From Verrucomicrobia bacterium UBA2281 (GTDB taxonomy: Bacteria; Verrucomicrobiota; Kiritimatiellia; CAIQIC01; Lenti-01), in NCBI GenBank assembly GCA_002347655.1, contig DDWR01000009.1, positions 861 to 64,860 of the forward strand: DNA of 64,000 nt, read 5' to 3'. Both the position numbers and the translations under genes were made by a program. Positions 16,750-24,859 of this stretch are shown in pieces. Position 1 is the first letter of the stretch; every line of letters begins with the position of its first letter. The notes beneath the pieces were generated by a model that saw only the letters and a program-made list of their open reading frames with translations, was not told where the DNA came from and did not search any database.

Positions 16750-17166
16750 ATGCCCATCTCCTACCAGACCGTTCCCGGAAAGCGCCGCATCGTCGCGGAA
16801 GTCTCGGGCGCGATCGGCCAGCAGGATCTCTTCGCCTACCAGAAGGCCGTCGCCACGCGGCCGGAGTGGGCCGGCTACGACGAACTCTTCGACGTCAGCC
16901 GCGTCGACAGCCTGCTGGACATCCGCATCGACAACCTGAAAGCCCTGGCCGATCTCGCGGCCTCCATGGACAAACCCGGCTTGCCCTCCAAGTTCGCCAT
17001 CGTCGCGCCGCAGGACCTGTACTTCGGCCTCGGCCGCATGTACGAATCCCTGCGCGAATCCGCCCCGCATTCCTCCCGGCGGATCGCCGCCTTCCGCTCC
17101 CGCGCCGAAGCCGAACGCTGGCTCGACGCCCCGGTGGACGAACCCGCCGAAGCGGATTTTACGTAG
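16750..17166 (+). CDS. Hypothetical cytoplasmic protein (138 aa)
   Basis: Coding-like composition, no recognisable motif. The last codons and the TAG stop lie inside the first copy of the 31-bp repeat. Confidence 0.55.
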   Translation: MPISYQTVPGKRRIVAEVSGAIGQQDLFAYQKAVATRPEWAGYDELFDVSRVDSLLDIRIDNLKALADLAASMDKPGLPSKFAIVAPQDLYFGLGRMYESLRESAPHSSRRIAAFRSRAEAERWLDAPVDEPAEADFT

Positions 17167-17218
17167 AACGTAAAAACTTTCGCGCGGTTTTACGTAGCAC
17201 GTAAAAACTTTGCGCCGC
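17155..17218 (+). repeat. Tandem dimer of the 31-bp palindromic element TTTTACGTRGAACGTARAAACTTT(C)GCGC (locus A)
   Basis: Copies at 17157-17187 and 17188-17218. Arms TTTTACGT/ACGTAAAA. The same dimer occurs at 40133-40193 (inverted) and 48340-48401. Confidence 0.85.
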
Positions 17219-17245
17219 CCCCGGGAACGTGGGACAGTGGCCGCC

Positions 17246-18019
17246 ATGCGCGTGACCTTTCTGGGAACCGGAACGTCCTATGGCGTGCCCATGCCGGGAT
17301 GCGACTGCGCGGTCTGCCGTTCGGCCGACCCGCGCGACCGGCGCTTCCGCACGGCGATCTACGTCGAGACTCCGGACGCCGCGCTGCTGATCGACACGCC
17401 CCCAGACTTGCGCAGCCAATGCCTCGCCGCCGGCGTGCGGCGGATCGACGCCGTGCTGATGACCCACGACCACGCCGACCACGTCTTCGGGTTCGACGAC
17501 CTGCGGCCGTTCACCAACCGCATGCCGGAGCCCATGCCGGTGTGGGCCTCGCCCGGCACGGCGAAAACGCTGCGCAAGATCTTCGACTATCTCGACCGGC
17601 CGCCGATCCCGGGCACGTCGCTGGCGCGCATCGACCTGCGCACGGCGACGGGCGCCCCGTTCGAATTCCGCGGCGTGCGCCTGACGCCGCTGCCCGCCGA
17701 ACACGGCCGCGCCGACATGGTCGGCTGGAAGCTCGAGTGCGGCGGGCGTTCGTTCGCCGCGATTCCCGACTGCAAGCGCCTGCCGCCGGAAACCCTGGAC
17801 CTCTGCCGCGGCGTGGACCTGGCGGCGATCGACGCGCTGCGCATCCGGCCCCACCCCACGCACATGAACCTGGCAGAGGCGGCGGCGATCCTGGGCCAGA
17901 TCGGCGCACGGCGCTCGCTGGTTCTCCATCTGTGCCACGAGGTGTCGCACGCGCAGGCCGACGCGCTCCTGCCCGCCGGGATTTCCCCGGCCTACGACGG
18001 GCTGCAAATCGACCTGTGA
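17246..18019 (+). CDS. MBL-fold hydrolase, PhnP-like cyclic phosphodiesterase
   Basis: VTFLGTGTSYGVPMPGCDCAVCRS (the CxCxxC of PhnP-type enzymes) and LMTHDHADH. Confidence 0.8.
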   Translation: MRVTFLGTGTSYGVPMPGCDCAVCRSADPRDRRFRTAIYVETPDAALLIDTPPDLRSQCLAAGVRRIDAVLMTHDHADHVFGFDDLRPFTNRMPEPMPVWASPGTAKTLRKIFDYLDRPPIPGTSLARIDLRTATGAPFEFRGVRLTPLPAEHGRADMVGWKLECGGRSFAAIPDCKRLPPETLDLCRGVDLAAIDALRIRPHPTHMNLAEAAAILGQIGARRSLVLHLCHEVSHAQADALLPAGISPAYDGLQIDL

Positions 18020-18090
18020 AGGGCCGCGCGGCGCGCGGAACACCCCCTCGCCCCTTGAATCCCGCGGCGGCGTGCGCTAGGATGGACAAC

Positions 18091-18810
18091 ATGAAAGCCA
18101 TCTGTCCGTCCGTTTCCGCCCTGCTCGCGCTGGCCGCTCTGTCCGTTTCGGCCCAGGAAACTCCCGAGGCTGCGCTCAAGCCCCGCATCGTCTGCGACGC
18201 ACCGATCTTCGATTTCGGCGAGCGCAACAACACGGAATTCGTGGAGCACGACTTCCCGATCCGCAACGCGGGCACGCTCTCGCTGGAAATCCGCAACGTG
18301 CACGCGTCGTGCGGCTGCACCGCCGTCAAGCCTTCGCAGAACGTGATCCCCCCCGGCGGCGAGGCGTCCATCCGCGCGCGCCTCGACCTGCGCGGCCGCA
18401 ACGGCTACCAGCAGAAATCCATCACCGTGCAGAGCAACGATCCCGACACGCCCAACCTGGGGCTGCAACTGAAGGGCACGGCGATCCAGCCGCTGCGCGC
18501 CCAGCCGTCCGCCCTGTTCTTCGGCCGGATCGGTCCCACGGACGTGCGCAGCCGCGTCTGCGAGATCATCTCCGCGCGCGGCCCCATCCAGATCGCGAGC
18601 CTCCGCGCGGACCACCCCGGCCTGCTGCTCAAGACGCTCGATCTGGAACCCGGCGCGGACGGCTCCGTGCGGAAGTTCGAGCTGACGCTCGATCCGGAGC
18701 TGCCGGAAGGCAGCGTCAACGGCAGCGTGTTCGTCCAGACCGACCAGGCCGATCAGCCTGAGCTTTCGATTCCGGTGGCGGCCTACGTCGTGCCCGCGGC
18801 GGCCCCATGA
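18091..18810 (+). CDS. DUF1573 domain-containing secreted protein
   Basis: Signal peptide MKAICPSVSALLALAALSVSAQ. Hallmark FPIRNAGTLSLEIRNVHASCGCT. AGGA SD. Confidence 0.85.
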   Translation: MKAICPSVSALLALAALSVSAQETPEAALKPRIVCDAPIFDFGERNNTEFVEHDFPIRNAGTLSLEIRNVHASCGCTAVKPSQNVIPPGGEASIRARLDLRGRNGYQQKSITVQSNDPDTPNLGLQLKGTAIQPLRAQPSALFFGRIGPTDVRSRVCEIISARGPIQIASLRADHPGLLLKTLDLEPGADGSVRKFELTLDPELPEGSVNGSVFVQTDQADQPELSIPVAAYVVPAAAP

Positions 18811-19331
18811 CCGCCGGCGCGTCGGCACTCCGGCGCGGCGACGCGCTCCGGTTGGCCGGCGCCGGCGCCGCCCTGCTGGCCGTATCCGCGGCGCTGGGAC
18901 TTGCCGTCCATTTCCTGCGGCCCGCCGCCACCCGCCTGCCTTGGGTGGGCGACTGGGCGCACCACGTCGAGAACCTCGCTTTCCGCGCCGGCGTGCCGGT
19001 GACGTTCCTGGAAGGCGCGCGGATGCGGGTGGGCGCGGCGGACGCGGTCGTCTTCGACGCGCGGATTCCGGAGCAGTACGCGGCGGGACATCTGCCCGGC
19101 GCCTTCAACCTGCCGCTGGAAGACGTGGATCGGCAACTGGGCGCGCACGCGGCCCGGCTGCGCCCGGACACGCCCATCCTGGTCTATTGCGGCGGCGCGG
19201 ACTGCACCGACGCGCTCGAACTGGCGCTCAAGCTGCGCGAACTGGGCTTCAGCGACCTGACGGTCTATCCGGGCGGCTATGCGGAGTGGGTCCAGTACGG
19301 CGGCGCGACGCGCGCGGGGGCCGCGCCATGA
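18807..19331 (+). CDS. Membrane-anchored rhodanese-like sulfurtransferase domain protein
   Basis: VVFDARIPEQYAAGHLPGAFNLP and active-site loop VYCGGADCTDA. ATGA overlap with the DUF1573 gene. Confidence 0.85.
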   Translation: MTAGASALRRGDALRLAGAGAALLAVSAALGLAVHFLRPAATRLPWVGDWAHHVENLAFRAGVPVTFLEGARMRVGAADAVVFDARIPEQYAAGHLPGAFNLPLEDVDRQLGAHAARLRPDTPILVYCGGADCTDALELALKLRELGFSDLTVYPGGYAEWVQYGGATRAGAAP

Positions 19332-19786
19332 ACCGCGTCCGTCCCGCCTTCATCTGGCTGGCACGCCTGGCGGTCGCCGCGATTTTCCTCGGCGCGTGCG
19401 TCGCGAAGATCCAGGATCCGGCCGCGTTCGCGCTGGCCGTGAACCGCTACCGGATTTTGCCCGGCGAGTTCGTGAACCTCGTCGCGATCGTGCTGCCTTG
19501 GATCGAGCTGGCGACGGGGCTGGCGGTGCTGGCGGCGCCGGCGCGGCTGCGCGCCGCGGGCGCGGCGATCCTCGCAGCCATGCTGGCGGTCTTCACCATC
19601 GCGATCTCCCTGAACCTGGTGCGCGGCATCGAAGCTTCGTGCGGCTGCTTCTCCACGCGCGCGGACGCGGCGGTCTCCGACGGCTGGAACCTGGTGCGCA
19701 ACGGCGCGCTGATCTGGCTGGCGCTGGCGGTCTATCTCGACGCCGTTCGCCGCGCCTTTCCGCGGCGCGCCCCGGAGGCCCCGTGA
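19328..19786 (+). CDS. MauE/DoxX-family membrane protein
   Basis: 4-TM protein with FLGACVAKIQDPAAFALAVNRYRILP and an SCGCF motif. ATGA overlap upstream. Confidence 0.8.
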   Translation: MNRVRPAFIWLARLAVAAIFLGACVAKIQDPAAFALAVNRYRILPGEFVNLVAIVLPWIELATGLAVLAAPARLRAAGAAILAAMLAVFTIAISLNLVRGIEASCGCFSTRADAAVSDGWNLVRNGALIWLALAVYLDAVRRAFPRRAPEAP

Positions 19787-21039
19787 GCGCCAAGCTGCAA
19801 TCGATCTTCGAGGTCTTCGCCATTGGCGCCGGCCCCTCGAGCACCCACAGCGTGGGCCCGCAGCGCGCCGCGCGGCGTTTCTTGCAGGCGCTGCCCGCGC
19901 CGCCCGCGCGGATCCGCGCGACGCTCTTCGGCAGCCTCGCGGCGACCGGCCGCGGACACTGGACGGACCGGACGTTGGTGCGCACCCTGCAGCCCATCCC
20001 GGTCGAAGTGGTCTTCGCTCCGCAGGCGGGCGACCTGCCGCATCCCAACACCCTGAAGTTCGAGGCGTTCGACGCCGCCGGCAAGCCGCTGCGGGAATGG
20101 ACGGTCTGCAGCATCGGCGGCGGCAACCTGCGCGAAGCCGACGGCACGCCCATCCCGGGCGCGCCGCCGGCGGCCTATCCCGTCGCGAACGTCGCGGAAG
20201 CGATGGCCTATTGCCGGGCCAACGATCTGGCTTTCTGGCAGCTGGCGGAAAACGTCGAGTCCGACCTGTGGCCGCGCCTGGGCGACGTGTGGGACGCGAT
20301 GGCCGAGACCGTCCGCCGCGGCCTCGCCAGCAAGCAGATCATCCTGCCCGGCACGCTGGAACTGGCGCGGCGCGCGGGCACGACGTGGCACCGCGCCCGG
20401 CGGCTCAAGGGCTGGGCGCGCGACCTGGGTCTGGTGGCGGCGTACGCGCTGGCCGTGGCGGAGGAAAACGCCGCGGGCATGCAGGTGGTGACGGCGCCGT
20501 CGTGCGGCGCCGCCGGCGTGCTGCCGGCCGTGCTCTACCACCTGAAAACCGCCAAGCGCGTCCCCCGCCGCCGGATCCTCGAAGCGCTCGCCACGGCCGG
20601 CCTGTTCGGCGCGTCCATCCGCGCCAACGCCACCGTCTCGGGCGCGGAAGCGGGTTGCCAGGCCGAGATCGGCTCGGCCTGCTCGATGGCCGCCGCCGCC
20701 GCCGCCCAGCTCTCCGGCGCCACCCTCAACCAGATCGAGTACGCCGCCGAAATGGCCATGGAGCACAACCTCGGCCTGACCTGCGACCCCATCGAAGGCT
20801 ACGTGCAGATCCCCTGCATCGAGCGCAACATGAACGCCGCGCTGCGCGCCCTCGAGTGCGCCGCGTTCACGCAAATGACGGACGGCCGCCACCTCGTCAG
20901 CTTCGACGACGTGATCGAAGTCATGAACGCGACCGGCCGCGACCTGCAGGCGGCCTACCGCGAGACGGCCGCGGGCGGCCTGGCCCGGCTCTGGCGCCGC
21001 GACATCGAAAGCCGCCTCGGGAAAGCCGCCGCCCCATGA
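19783..21039 (+). CDS. sdaA: L-serine ammonia-lyase (iron-sulfur dependent, single chain)
   Basis: GTG start with GGAGG SD and GTGA overlap. SIFEVFAIGAGPSSTHSVGPQRAA, PSCGAAGVLPAV, CQAEIGSACSMAA. Confidence 0.9.
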   Translation: MSAKLQSIFEVFAIGAGPSSTHSVGPQRAARRFLQALPAPPARIRATLFGSLAATGRGHWTDRTLVRTLQPIPVEVVFAPQAGDLPHPNTLKFEAFDAAGKPLREWTVCSIGGGNLREADGTPIPGAPPAAYPVANVAEAMAYCRANDLAFWQLAENVESDLWPRLGDVWDAMAETVRRGLASKQIILPGTLELARRAGTTWHRARRLKGWARDLGLVAAYALAVAEENAAGMQVVTAPSCGAAGVLPAVLYHLKTAKRVPRRRILEALATAGLFGASIRANATVSGAEAGCQAEIGSACSMAAAAAAQLSGATLNQIEYAAEMAMEHNLGLTCDPIEGYVQIPCIERNMNAALRALECAAFTQMTDGRHLVSFDDVIEVMNATGRDLQAAYRETAAGGLARLWRRDIESRLGKAAAP

Positions 21040-21956
21040 GCGCCTTGGTCAACGAGTTTTCCTGGTCGCACGCGCGCCACGAGACGTTCCAGGCCTGCCT
21101 GAAGCGCTACTACTTCGCCTACTACGCGTCGTGGGGCGGCTGGGATCCGGCCGCACCCGCCCGCGCGCGCGAACTCTATCTCCTCAAGCGCCTGAGCACC
21201 CGCCAGCAATGGGCCGGCCACCACGCGCACCAGGCCATCGAATTCCTGCTGAAAAACGCGCGCCGCGCCGACGCGGGCGACGTCGCCGCCACCGCCGAAT
21301 CCCGGCAGCTCGAGATCATGCGGCGCGAATTCCGCGAGTCGCGCGCGGGCGCCCACCGCGCGGATCCCGTCCACGTGCCCGGCCTCTTCGAGCACGAATA
21401 CCGGCTGGAAATTCCGCCGGAGGAATGGAAAGCCGTCGTGGGCCGGACGGCCCAGGCCATCCGCCGCTTCCTCGCCTCCGACGTCTGGCGCGACCTCCAG
21501 GGCCTGCCCGAGGACGACCTGCTGGCGGTGGAACGCCGCGCCCATTTCACGCTCGACGGCCTGAAGGTCTACGCCGTGCCCGATCTCGTCGTCCGGCGCG
21601 GAGGCCAGGTGCTCGTCTACGACTGGAAGACCGGCACCGCGGATCCGGCCACCCACCGTCCGCAGCTGGGCGTCTACGCCCTGCTGGCGCTGGACCGCTG
21701 GACGGCCGCGCCCGCCGAGATCGAAGCCATCGCCTACAATCCGGTGCTCGACCGGCGCGCGGCGTTCGCCTACTCCGCCGACGACTTCGAAACCCTGCGC
21801 GACTTCATCCGCGATTCGGCGGACGAAATGCTGTTTCCCCTCGAGAATCCGGAAACCAACGACGCCGGCGACGGATCGAACTTCGATTGCGCCGCGGACG
21901 AAACCCCGTGCAAGACCTGCCCGTTCCTCCGCGCCTGTCCGCGGTGGGGGCCATAG
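21036..21956 (+). CDS. PD-(D/E)XK nuclease, Cas4/AddB-like with 4-Cys Fe-S cluster signature
   Basis: N-terminal Cys (FQACLKRYYF), catalytic AVPDLVVRRGGQVLVYDWKTG, QLGVYALLAL, and C-terminal CKTCPFLRAC. ATGA overlap with sdaA. Confidence 0.8.
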   Translation: MSALVNEFSWSHARHETFQACLKRYYFAYYASWGGWDPAAPARARELYLLKRLSTRQQWAGHHAHQAIEFLLKNARRADAGDVAATAESRQLEIMRREFRESRAGAHRADPVHVPGLFEHEYRLEIPPEEWKAVVGRTAQAIRRFLASDVWRDLQGLPEDDLLAVERRAHFTLDGLKVYAVPDLVVRRGGQVLVYDWKTGTADPATHRPQLGVYALLALDRWTAAPAEIEAIAYNPVLDRRAAFAYSADDFETLRDFIRDSADEMLFPLENPETNDAGDGSNFDCAADETPCKTCPFLRACPRWGP

Positions 21957-21960
21957 GCGT

Positions 21961-23892
21961 TCAGGGCGCGGCCGACGCGGCTGCCTCGCGGGCGAGCTTG
22001 CGTTCCAGCAGGCGGACGTTGAGGCGGCTGATTTCGCCCCCCACGCGGTCTTCCAGATTTTTCCGGAAGGTCTCCAAGGCTTCCTGGTCGCGCCCCATGC
22101 GGCGCAACTGAATGCCGACCTGCTCGCGATAGAACACATACCGGGGCCGGGCGGCGGCGGCGCGGCGGAATTCCGCCAGCGCGGCCTCGGGTTCCCCGCG
22201 GACGTTGTAGACCCGGGCCAGTCCGAGCGCCACCGCCATGTCGTAGGGATTCAGCTCCCGCGCGCGCAGCAAGCCGGCCTCCGCGTCGGCGGCCAACCGG
22301 GTCTTGCCCGCCCGCTCCGCATCCGGATCGGGATCGCGCAGCCACGTGGCCTGGGCCGACCGCACTTGCCCCAATCCCAGATGCGGCTGCCAGAATCCGC
22401 GATCCCAGCGGCTGGCCCGTTCGAAGCCGGCGACGGCTTCGTCCCAATCCAACCGTTCGCGCGCCAGTTCGCCCTTGAGGTTCCAGAAGTAGGCCATGCC
22501 GCCGGCCACGGCCAACCAAACCCCCGCGGCGCACGCGGCGGCCCCGCCAAGCGCACCGGCCCGGCCCAGCCACCGGCGCCATGCCGGCGCGGGTTTTCCC
22601 GGCGGTTCCCCCATGGCCCAGACGCCCCAGGCAACGCCGCCGATCCACGCCAGCACGTGCGGATTCGGAAAGACGTGGAAATTGAAATCGAAGAACGCCT
22701 GGGCCAGGCTCGCCGCCGCCGCGCCGACCGCGCCCGCCAGCAAAGCCGCGCCGGCGCGGTTCCGCGTCCGGCCAACGGCCACCGCCGCGCCGGCGGTGCC
22801 CCACAGCAAGCCGACCAGCAGCAGCCCGGTGCCGATGGCCCCGTATTCCACCTGCATCTGCAAATATTCGTTGTGCAGGAAATCGTAGGTCAGATGGTGT
22901 TTGGGCCGCCGCTGGTACGCCGGATAGGTCCACACGAACGAACCGCCGCCGAAGCCGGCGATGGGCCGGTCGCGGATCATCGCGGGCGCATCGCGCCACA
23001 TCGGCACGCGGATGCCGCCCGATTCTTCCTTCTTTTCGAGCACTTGCCGCACGCGGAACTGCACGCCCGGCAGCGCTTGCCAGGCGAGCCAGCCGCCCAC
23101 CGCGGCCAGCAGCGGCAAGCCAAGCAGCGCCGCCCCAAACCAGGCGCGCCCCCGCCGCCACGCCAGCAGCAGCGCGGTCGCGCCCAAGCCCGCCAGCGTA
23201 CCGATCCACGCGCTGCGGCTGAGCGACCAATAGAGCGGCGCGACGGCCGCGGCCAGGAAATACGCCGCCATCAGGCGCAAAGGGAATCCGGCTTCCGGCA
23301 GGAACAGCAGCACGGCCGCGACCGGCAGCAGCATCGCCAAGACGTTGGCGAAATGGTTGGGGCACAGATAGGTGCCGCTCGCGCGCATTCCGTATTGCTC
23401 GGGGCGCACCGCCCACAGCACCATCCGCGAGCCGTTCATCTGCTGCATCGTCGCGTAGAGGCACAGGAATGCGACCGAGAGCAACAGGACGAAGAGCAAC
23501 CCCTGCCAGCGGCGGGAACGGTAAGCCGTTTGCGTCCAGGACCAGGCCGCCGCCGTCAGGCAAATCCAGCGCAGCGCTTCCCAGCGCGCGGCGTAGGGCA
23601 CCGCGGCCGCGGGAACGCGCGCCGCCACGTAGACCGCCAGCGCCGCGAAGATCCAGAAACCGGCCGGCGCGAAGCCGCGCGGCACGACGCGGAAAACCAG
23701 CGGACGGGCCACCACCAGCAGCGAACCGAGAAAAGAAATCGCCAAGCCCGGCGCGAATCCCCAGGTGCGGGTGGACCCCAGCAACCACATGCCCGCGGTC
23801 GCGGGCCACATCAGCAATGCGAGCGCCAGTCCGTCGTAGATCCGCCGCGGCGCCGAGAGGCGTTCCGCGCCGCCTTCGTCCCAGCGCGACAT
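21961..23892 (-). CDS. O-antigen ligase/polymerase-like (Wzy_C) membrane protein with C-terminal TPR region
   Basis: Polytopic membrane protein with YDFLHNEYLQMQVEYGAIG. The C-terminal soluble region has TPR-like repeats. Confidence 0.85.
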   Translation of the reverse strand: MSRWDEGGAERLSAPRRIYDGLALALLMWPATAGMWLLGSTRTWGFAPGLAISFLGSLLVVARPLVFRVVPRGFAPAGFWIFAALAVYVAARVPAAAVPYAARWEALRWICLTAAAWSWTQTAYRSRRWQGLLFVLLLSVAFLCLYATMQQMNGSRMVLWAVRPEQYGMRASGTYLCPNHFANVLAMLLPVAAVLLFLPEAGFPLRLMAAYFLAAAVAPLYWSLSRSAWIGTLAGLGATALLLAWRRGRAWFGAALLGLPLLAAVGGWLAWQALPGVQFRVRQVLEKKEESGGIRVPMWRDAPAMIRDRPIAGFGGGSFVWTYPAYQRRPKHHLTYDFLHNEYLQMQVEYGAIGTGLLLVGLLWGTAGAAVAVGRTRNRAGAALLAGAVGAAAASLAQAFFDFNFHVFPNPHVLAWIGGVAWGVWAMGEPPGKPAPAWRRWLGRAGALGGAAACAAGVWLAVAGGMAYFWNLKGELARERLDWDEAVAGFERASRWDRGFWQPHLGLGQVRSAQATWLRDPDPDAERAGKTRLAADAEAGLLRARELNPYDMAVALGLARVYNVRGEPEAALAEFRRAAAARPRYVFYREQVGIQLRRMGRDQEALETFRKNLEDRVGGEISRLNVRLLERKLAREAAASAAP

Positions 23893-23910
23893 GCGGTCCC
23901 CGCCTCTCCG

Positions 23911-24858
23911 CTAGAACCAGCTCCGCAGCACTTCGACGACGTCGTCCGGCTCCAGCAGCAGGTCGTCTCCCGGCGTGCGCTCGAGCCGGCGCGCGTTCCG
24001 GATTTCCTTGACGATCTTGCCCTGGCGCTTGATCACCACCTTGCCGCTGGCAAATTCGGTGTAGCCGCCCGACGCCGCGATGGCCTGGGAGACCCGCGTG
24101 GCCGACATGATCTGGAACCGGCCCGGCGCGCGGACTTCGCCCTGGATGAAGTAAAAGCGCGTGGGCACCACCACGTTCACGGTGATGTTGCGGTAGATGT
24201 CCTGCTCCAGATAGGTCTGGCGGACGTTGCGCTCCAACTCGGACGCCGTCAGGCCGGCGGCCAGGATTTCGTTGATGAACGGCAAGGTGACCATGCCGGC
24301 CTCGTCGATGATGTCTTCGATGACCTCGCCGCCGGGAATGCCGCGCAGGAAAATCTGGATGCCGTCGCCGACTTTCAGCCGATAGCCGGCATCCGCCAAG
24401 ACCGCGGGTTCCCCGGTCGCCGCGGTCGGCACGGGAACCGGCACGGCGGCAGGGGCCGGCACGGCCGCCGGCGCGGGTTTGGCCGCTTTGTCCGCCGGCG
24501 CGGGGGAAATGACCTGAACCGGAGCCGGCGGGGGCGCCGCCGGCTTGGCGGTCGCGGCCGCAGCCGGAGTCGCGGGCGGGCGGGCCGCGGGCGGGGGCGC
24601 CGGCTTGGCGGCCGGAGCCGGCGGGGAGACCGGGGACCGAACCGGAGCGGGAGCCACCGCCGCCGCCGGCTTGTCCGCGGGGCGGGCCGCCGGAGCGGCG
24701 GCCGCGTCGGGTTGGTTCCGCTGGGCGACCAATTGCGCGTAGCGATCGTAGACCTTCTGGGAAGAAGACGACGAGGCGCAACCCGCGGCCAGGACCAGAC
24801 ACAGGCCCGCCAACCATCCGGCGGCGCGGCAACCAACGTTTCGACGGGCAAAATTCAT
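23911..24858 (-). CDS. Polysaccharide export lipoprotein (Wza-like, Poly_export + SLBB) with long Pro/Ala linker
   Basis: Start MNFARRN, lipobox LAAGC. YRLKVGDGIQIF, VTLPFINEILAAGLTASELE, and SLBB-like FYFIQGEVRAPGRFQ. Confidence 0.85.
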   Translation of the reverse strand: MNFARRNVGCRAAGWLAGLCLVLAAGCASSSSSQKVYDRYAQLVAQRNQPDAAAAPAARPADKPAAAVAPAPVRSPVSPPAPAAKPAPPPAARPPATPAAAATAKPAAPPPAPVQVISPAPADKAAKPAPAAVPAPAAVPVPVPTAATGEPAVLADAGYRLKVGDGIQIFLRGIPGGEVIEDIIDEAGMVTLPFINEILAAGLTASELERNVRQTYLEQDIYRNITVNVVVPTRFYFIQGEVRAPGRFQIMSATRVSQAIAASGGYTEFASGKVVIKRQGKIVKEIRNARRLERTPGDDLLLEPDDVVEVLRSWF

Positions 24859-24859
24859 G

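Noticed and set aside
17155-17218. 31-bp repeats as a CRISPR array or as parS sites
   Set aside because: There are only two directly abutting copies per locus with no spacers, so this is not CRISPR. The palindrome has a 3-nt spacer and TTTTACGT arms, unlike the contiguous TGTTTCACGTGAAACA parS consensus.
21036-21956. Cas4-like nuclease as evidence for a CRISPR-Cas locus
   Set aside because: No cas1, cas2, effector genes or repeat array occur anywhere in the window. Stand-alone PD-(D/E)XK/Fe-S nucleases are common.
24400-24720. Repetitive GC-rich DNA in the Wza-like gene as a mobile or tandem repeat element
   Set aside because: It encodes a Pro/Ala-rich low-complexity linker (APAAKPAPPPAARPPATPAAA...). 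The repetition is compositional and not a defined unit.
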